Below are positions 58,935 through 64,000 of a DNA stretch of 64,000 nucleotides, piece by piece. Numbering within the stretch: the stretch's first letter is position 1; each line of letters begins with the position of its first letter. Source of the DNA: Patescibacteria group bacterium (GTDB lineage Bacteria > Patescibacteriota > Patescibacteriia > 2-12-FULL-57-11); contig SCUL01000001.1 of assembly GCA_004297205.1 (NCBI GenBank), positions 29,862 through 93,861 on the forward strand, read 5' to 3'. A program made the position numbers and the translations under genes. The notes beneath the pieces are model-generated. The model worked only from the letters and a program-made list of their open reading frames with translations, was not told the DNA's origin and made no database searches.

Positions 58935-59965
58935 TTCTTGGCGACCCTCTGTACCACCTTCGAGAGCGGCCCCGGATCGCCGTCGCCCAGCGCGGCGCGC
59001 AGGTTGTCGCCGAGCATCTTGCGCTGGTCGGCGTCATCAAGGAGCCGCCGGACGACGCGCGTCAGCAATTGGACGGTGCAGGCGCGCTCGGCCAGGAGTT
59101 CGGCGGCGTTCCGGCCCACGACGTAGCGAGCGTTTTTCTCTTGCGGCGAGTCCGGCAGCGGCACGAGCAGGGTCGGCTTCTTGAAAACCGCCAGTTCACT
59201 GAGCGTGCCGAATCCGGCGCGGGAGATCACGAGATCGGCGGAGCGGTAGGCGTCGGCCAGTTCTTCCCTCATGAACGGCACCGGACGGTAACGCGCCCGT
59301 TCCGGCGCCGCCTCCTTGCCGCCCGTGACGTGCACAACCTGGCAAAACTTGATGAGCCGGTCGAGCGCCGCATTGATGCGCCGGTTCAAACCAAGCGCGC
59401 CGGTGCCGCCGCCCAAAACGAGCAGCGTGGGTGGCGTTCCCGACACGGCCGGGCGCGCCGCAGCGTCGCGCAGGAATGTTCGGACGGGATTGCCGACGAG
59501 CGTCGGCGCAAAACGCGTGAATCCTGCGGCCGCGCCGTCGCAGGAGGCGGTCACGGCCGCGGCGAGGCGCGCCATCAGCAGGTTGGAGCGCACCGGCTCG
59601 ATGTCCTGCTGGTGCACCACAAGCGGTACGCCGCGCATCTTTCCCGCAGCAGCTACCGGCACGGACACGAATCCTCCGGCAGTGACATGCACGTCGGGTT
59701 TGAACTCACCGATCAGGGAAAGCGCCGCAGCCGTCCCAGCCACGTTCTTGAAGGGGTCCGTGACGTTACGCACGTCGGCGTAGCGGCGGATTTTGCCCGC
59801 CGGCACGGAGGCAAAGCGGATGCCGGCGGCCTCCACAAGCGCGCGTTCCGGCCCGTCGGCCGTGCCGATCCAGAGGAAATCGTTGCCGTCTTTGAGATGT
59901 TCGGCCAGGGCCAGAAGCGGGGTCACCGGCCCCAGCGTCCCGCCGCCGGAAAGGAGGATCTTCAT
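58931..59965 (-). CDS. murG: Undecaprenyl-PP-MurNAc-pentapeptide GlcNAc transferase
   Basis: GGGT.G, GGFVS.P, GNPVR, GGGTGA, SRAG..T..E, Q..NA; start reset to MKILLS. Confidence 0.92.
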   Translation of the reverse strand: MKILLSGGGTLGPVTPLLALAEHLKDGNDFLWIGTADGPERALVEAAGIRFASVPAGKIRRYADVRNVTDPFKNVAGTAAALSLIGEFKPDVHVTAGGFVSVPVAAAGKMRGVPLVVHQQDIEPVRSNLLMARLAAAVTASCDGAAAGFTRFAPTLVGNPVRTFLRDAAARPAVSGTPPTLLVLGGGTGALGLNRRINAALDRLIKFCQVVHVTGGKEAAPERARYRPVPFMREELADAYRSADLVISRAGFGTLSELAVFKKPTLLVPLPDSPQEKNARYVVGRNAAELLAERACTVQLLTRVVRRLLDDADQRKMLGDNLRAALGDGDPGPLSKVVQRVAKK

Positions 59966-61107
59966 GCGTGTTCCATCTTCCCGTGGCTGGAGATGTTCAG
60001 CAAGATCCCCATGGCGCCCATCAGCACCACGAGCGACGTGCCGCCGTAGGAGACGAACGGCAGGGTGATGCCGGTCAGGGGCAGCACGGAGAGCATCGAG
60101 CCGATGTTCACGAAGGCCTGGACGGCGACCAGCGCCACGATTCCGGAAGCAAGCAACTTCCCGAAGCGGTCCGGCGCGCGGTCGGCGATGGTCAGGCCGC
60201 GCCACAGGAACAGCAGCAGCAGCAGCACGATGAACGCCGCGGAGAGCAGGAACCCGAGTTCTTCCGCCATGACCGCGAAGATCGAATCACCGGCGACTTC
60301 CGGCAGGTAGGAAAACTTCTGGCGCGAACGGCCGAAACCGAGGCCGAACAGCCCGCCGGAGCCGATGGCGAGCAACGCCTGGTTGATGTGGTAGCCGACG
60401 CCCTGCGGATCCAGTTCCGGATGCAGGAAGGTCGTCAGACGCAGGGCGCGGTACGGCGCCACTTTGATGAGCAGCAGGATGAGACCGAACCCGGCCGCCG
60501 AGAGCGCCGCCAAATGCTGGACCGAGGCGCCGCCCAGGAAGTAGACGACGAGCGACACCATGACGATGACCGAAAAGGTGCCAAGGTCCGGCTGCAACAT
60601 GATGAGCGTGCCGATCACGGCCAGCAGGGTCAGAAACGGCACCAGCCCGGCGTGCAGATCGCGGGCGCCGGCATCACCGCGGGCCTCGAGCCAGGCCGCG
60701 AGATAGATCAAGAAGGTGATTTTTACGATTTCGGCCGGCTGGAGGGAGAAGCCGCCGATGCCGATCCAGCTTTTGCTGGTCCCCCAGTCCGCGGAAAGAC
60801 CTGGGATGAAGACGAGGACGAGCAGCACGATGGTCACGAGCAAGATCGGCATGGCCCAGACGCGGTACAACCGGTAGTCGACCTGAGACAACACGAACAT
60901 GACGACAATACCGGGCAGGAAGCCGAACAGCAGCTGGTGGCGGACGAACCAGAACGCGTCGCCGAAGCGCGCAAAGGCAGACGGTCCCGAGGCCGACGAC
61001 AACATGGCAAGCCCGAAGATCGCCAGCCCCAGCACGGCGAGGAGCAGCGGTCGGTCGACGCGCTGCAGGTGCGCGCGCAGCCGTTCCACGACCTTCGGCT
61101 TTTTCAT
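59962..61107 (-). CDS. ftsW: SEDS peptidoglycan polymerase FtsW
   Basis: QPAE..K, QPDLG, YLPE..DSIF...EELG, TGITLPFVSYGG; adjacent to murG. Confidence 0.92.
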   Translation of the reverse strand: MKKPKVVERLRAHLQRVDRPLLLAVLGLAIFGLAMLSSASGPSAFARFGDAFWFVRHQLLFGFLPGIVVMFVLSQVDYRLYRVWAMPILLVTIVLLVLVFIPGLSADWGTSKSWIGIGGFSLQPAEIVKITFLIYLAAWLEARGDAGARDLHAGLVPFLTLLAVIGTLIMLQPDLGTFSVIVMVSLVVYFLGGASVQHLAALSAAGFGLILLLIKVAPYRALRLTTFLHPELDPQGVGYHINQALLAIGSGGLFGLGFGRSRQKFSYLPEVAGDSIFAVMAEELGFLLSAAFIVLLLLLFLWRGLTIADRAPDRFGKLLASGIVALVAVQAFVNIGSMLSVLPLTGITLPFVSYGGTSLVVLMGAMGILLNISSHGKMEHA

Positions 61108-61117
61108 AGATGGACGG

Positions 61118-63487
61118 TCAGCTCTTGGCGCGGGGCATCATGGCCGTCTTCATGACGTCGTCCATGGTGCGGGCGTAGACGAAGCGCAGCGCCTTGCGCA
61201 CCTCCTTGGGAATCTCCGCGATGTCGCGTTCGTTTTCCTTTGGCAATATCACGGTATGCATGCCGGCGCGGTGCGCTGCCAGGACCTTCTCTTTGACGCC
61301 GCCGATTTCGAGCACCTTGCCGCGCAGCGTGACCTCCCCTGTCATGGCCACGTCGTGGCGGATGGCGCGCCCGGAAACGAGCGAGGCCAGAGCCAGCGCC
61401 ATGGCCACGCCGGCGGACGGACCATCCTTGGGGATGGCGCCTTGCGGCACGTGCACATGGATATCGGACGTTTTGTGGAACGGGACTTTCACGCCAAGCT
61501 CTTTGGAGCGCGCCCGGGCGTAGGAAAACGCGGCCTGCGCCGACTCCTGCATGATCTTGCCGAGGTTGCCGGTGAGAATGAGCTGGCCGCTGCCCGGCAT
61601 GATGGCCGCTTCGATGCGCAGGATCTCCCCGCCCGCTTCGGTCCATGCCAGGCCGGTGACGACGCCGACCTCATCGCGCTTCTCGCTCCCCGCGGCGTGG
61701 AAGCGTTCCGGACCGAGGTACTTCGCCAAATCGGAAATGCCGACGGCGAAGTGTCCCCGCTTCCCCTCCGCTACCTGGCGCGCGATCTTTCGGCAGACCG
61801 TGGACAGTTCGCGTTCCAGGTTGCGCACGCCCGCTTCCCGCGTCCAGGAACGGATGACGGTGCGCACGGCGTTGTCCGTGAAGGTGAGCTTCTTGCCGGC
61901 AAGGCCGTTCGCCTCGACCGCTTTGGGGATCAGGTACCCCTTGGCGATGTGGAACTTTTCGTCTTCCGTGTAGCCCGGGAACTCGATCACTTCCATGCGG
62001 TCGCGCAACGGCGCCGGGACGGTGTCGAGCAGGTTGGCCGTGGTGATGAACAGCACGTCGGACAAGTCGAACGGCGACTCCAAGTAGTGGTCGGAAAATT
62101 CGTTGTTCTGTTCCGGATCGAGGGCTTCCAAAAGCGCCGCCGAGGGATCGCCGCGGAAGTCGTTCCCGAGCTTGTCGATCTCGTCGAGCATGAAGACCGG
62201 ATTCTTGGTGCCGGCTTCGGCGATGCCCTGGATGATGCGGCCGGGCAACGCGCCGACGTAGGTGCGGCGGAAGCCGCGGATCTCGGCTTCGTCGCGCACG
62301 CCGCCCAGCGAAATGCGGACGAACTTGCGCCCGAGCGACCGGGCGATGGATTTGCCGATCGAGGTTTTGCCGGTACCCGGCGGTCCGGCGAAGCACAAGA
62401 TCGGCCCTCTCACGCGGCCGACCAGCTTCTGCACGGCAAGGTAATCAAGGATGCGTTCCTTCACTTTCTCGAGGCCGTAATGGTCGTCGTCCAGAATCTT
62501 TCCGGCCTTGGCGATGTCGATCTCGGAGGCGGTCTTCTTGTTCCACGGCAAACCCACGAGCCAGTCCAGGTACGTGCGCACGTAGGAAATTTCCGGCGAA
62601 AACGACGGCATGGCCTGGAGCCGTGCCAGTTCCTTGGTCGCCGTGGCCTTGACCTTGTCCGGCATGCCGGCCGCCTCGATCTTGGCGCCGAGCTCGTCGA
62701 ATTCGCTCTTGCCGCCGACCGTGCCGAGTTCCTTTTCAATCGACTTGAGCTGTTCGCGGAGGAACATCTCGCGCTCCATCTTGCCGAGCTCCTTGCCGGT
62801 GTCGTCCTGGATCTTGCGGGAGAGTTTGAGCACCTTGTTCTGGCGGGCCACGGCCAAGCCGGTCTTCTCCAGCTTTTCTTCCGTGGTCTTGGCCTCGAGG
62901 ATGGCCTGCTTCTCGTCGGCCCGGAAATCCATGTTGAGCGCGATGAGGTCGGCAAGCTGCCAGGGATCGGTCAGGTTCATGACCACGAGCATCACATCGA
63001 ACGGCACCGGCGCGCCGAGCGAGACGGCTTCCTTGAACTGGTTCACGACGGAGTACATCTCGGCCTCGACGCGGTCGTTCTTGGCCGACTGCGGCGCGGG
63101 CCAGGCCGCGACGTCGGCTTCGAGGTGCCCGCCGACGGCGACGACCTGGGAGACGCGGACGCGCTCCAGTCCTTCCACGAGCAGGCGCATGGTGTCGTCC
63201 GGCAGCTTCATGGCCTCCCGGACGCGGCAGGCCGTGCCGACGTCATACATATCGTCCGGCTGGGCTTTTTTGTCCGGCCGCGCCTTTTTAACGGTGATGA
63301 AAGCCACGATCTGCCCGGCGGCCTGGGCCGTGGTGACCGCTTCCTGCGCCTGCGGATCCGTCAGGAGCAGCGGCACGGAAATCTTCGGGAACATCACCAG
63401 GTCGGCCAACGCCACCACAGGGACGTGCGGCGGAATGACGGCCGGGGGCGGCGCGGCGGCGATGGGGAGATCACGAGGTTCGGGCAT
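61118..63487 (-). CDS. lon: ATP-dependent protease Lon
   Basis: DHYGL, GPPGTGKTS, LDEIDK, PKDGPSAG, IGGVKEK. Confidence 0.97.
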   Translation of the reverse strand: MPEPRDLPIAAAPPPAVIPPHVPVVALADLVMFPKISVPLLLTDPQAQEAVTTAQAAGQIVAFITVKKARPDKKAQPDDMYDVGTACRVREAMKLPDDTMRLLVEGLERVRVSQVVAVGGHLEADVAAWPAPQSAKNDRVEAEMYSVVNQFKEAVSLGAPVPFDVMLVVMNLTDPWQLADLIALNMDFRADEKQAILEAKTTEEKLEKTGLAVARQNKVLKLSRKIQDDTGKELGKMEREMFLREQLKSIEKELGTVGGKSEFDELGAKIEAAGMPDKVKATATKELARLQAMPSFSPEISYVRTYLDWLVGLPWNKKTASEIDIAKAGKILDDDHYGLEKVKERILDYLAVQKLVGRVRGPILCFAGPPGTGKTSIGKSIARSLGRKFVRISLGGVRDEAEIRGFRRTYVGALPGRIIQGIAEAGTKNPVFMLDEIDKLGNDFRGDPSAALLEALDPEQNNEFSDHYLESPFDLSDVLFITTANLLDTVPAPLRDRMEVIEFPGYTEDEKFHIAKGYLIPKAVEANGLAGKKLTFTDNAVRTVIRSWTREAGVRNLERELSTVCRKIARQVAEGKRGHFAVGISDLAKYLGPERFHAAGSEKRDEVGVVTGLAWTEAGGEILRIEAAIMPGSGQLILTGNLGKIMQESAQAAFSYARARSKELGVKVPFHKTSDIHVHVPQGAIPKDGPSAGVAMALALASLVSGRAIRHDVAMTGEVTLRGKVLEIGGVKEKVLAAHRAGMHTVILPKENERDIAEIPKEVRKALRFVYARTMDDVMKTAMMPRAKS

Positions 63488-63516
63488 AGAGAACCCCGTG
63501 ATTATAGCAGAACAGG

Positions 63517-63547
63517 ATAAAAAAAGACGACGCCGCGAGGCGCCGTC
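63517..63547 (-). terminator. Terminator of the purE-like gene
   Basis: GACGGCGCC-TCGC-GGCGTCGTC followed by TTTTTTTAT. Confidence 0.7.
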
Positions 63548-63579
63548 GGTCGAGCTCAGCTCGACTCGGGACCGTCCGC

Positions 63580-64000
63580 TCAGGCCGGGGGCACGAGCGG
63601 CGCGTTGAGCTGCGCCGGCTTGCTGCCGAAGGTCGTCGGCGGGAACTCGTGCTCCATCGCCGCCCGGCAGGCTGCGAAGAACCCCTGTCCCCCGAAGTAG
63701 GCCCGGCCGTTGCTGTGGAGCACGACCGGCTGACCCGGCAGCTGCTCCATCGACAGCACGGCCGCCTGGTTGGCCGCCTCGTTGCCCGAGCTCTCGCAGG
63801 CGATGCCGATGACCGGGATGTGCGCCTTGCCCAGCTTCACGAGATGGGCCTTGAGCACGCCCGGCAACTGCGCCGCCATGCCCGCCCCGGCGATCACCAC
63901 CGCGTGGTCCGGCAGCTCCCGCGCGATCTGCGCGAGCTCCTCCGGATGCCGGTGGCAGCTGACGATGTGACGCTCGGCGGTGATCTTGCCCGCCGCCTGC
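63580..64000 (-). CDS. purE: PurE-like AIR carboxylase/mutase, C-terminal part (5' end outside the window)
   Basis: Frame extended by hand: ...IVSCHRHPEEL...VIAGAGMAAQLPG...PVIG...S..QLPG.PV. Confidence 0.75.
   Translation of the reverse strand, partial: QAAGKITAERHIVSCHRHPEELAQIARELPDHAVVIAGAGMAAQLPGVLKAHLVKLGKAHIPVIGIACESSGNEAANQAAVLSMEQLPGQPVVLHSNGRAYFGGQGFFAACRAAMEHEFPPTTFGSKPAQLNAPLVPPA

Overview
High-GC bacterial chromosomal window that reads like a Patescibacteria (CPR; Parcubacteria/ABY1, Uhrbacteria-like) genome; this assignment is inference from gene content and lineage-typical protein motifs. It holds: lgt (partial), an AarF/UbiB kinase, gatCA and ligA; a monoderm-type type IV pilus locus (pilM, N-like, O, B, receiver, C, two pilins, pilD, four minor pilins; no pilQ/pilT here) with a Cys/Asp-repeat surface protein upstream; rnhA, recJ and lepA; a GT2-Rieske-surface protein-murJ operon; rlmD, era and LOG; trx-doxX; mutY; a cellulose-synthase-like GT2; a 1.5k-aa SGNH/FN3 surface protein; four tRNAs (Gln-TTG, Gly-CCC, Thr-CGT, Lys-TTT); ftsEX, ftsB-like, murE/D/G, ftsW and lon; a translin/Trax-like gene; and a partial purE-like gene. 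The most striking pattern is regulatory. Many core genes look leaderless (TAnnnT box 6-9 nt before ATG, no SD). In contrast, about 11 mostly ORFan genes wedged between them look like self-contained cassettes (TTGAC-N17 promoter, SD, ORF, hairpin ending in T5-7-A-[T/C]), and two of them share an identical 32-bp terminator. Other notable signals are a 27-bp REP-like element sitting in-frame at the G|FTLIE cleavage site of two prepilins, a G10 tract that could phase-vary the large surface protein, a tRNA-Gln 3'-end duplication around an AT-richer insert, and a tRNA-Lys leader that copies the tRNA's own acceptor stem. No CRISPR array, integrase or transposase was seen. All calls were made by eye, without database searches.
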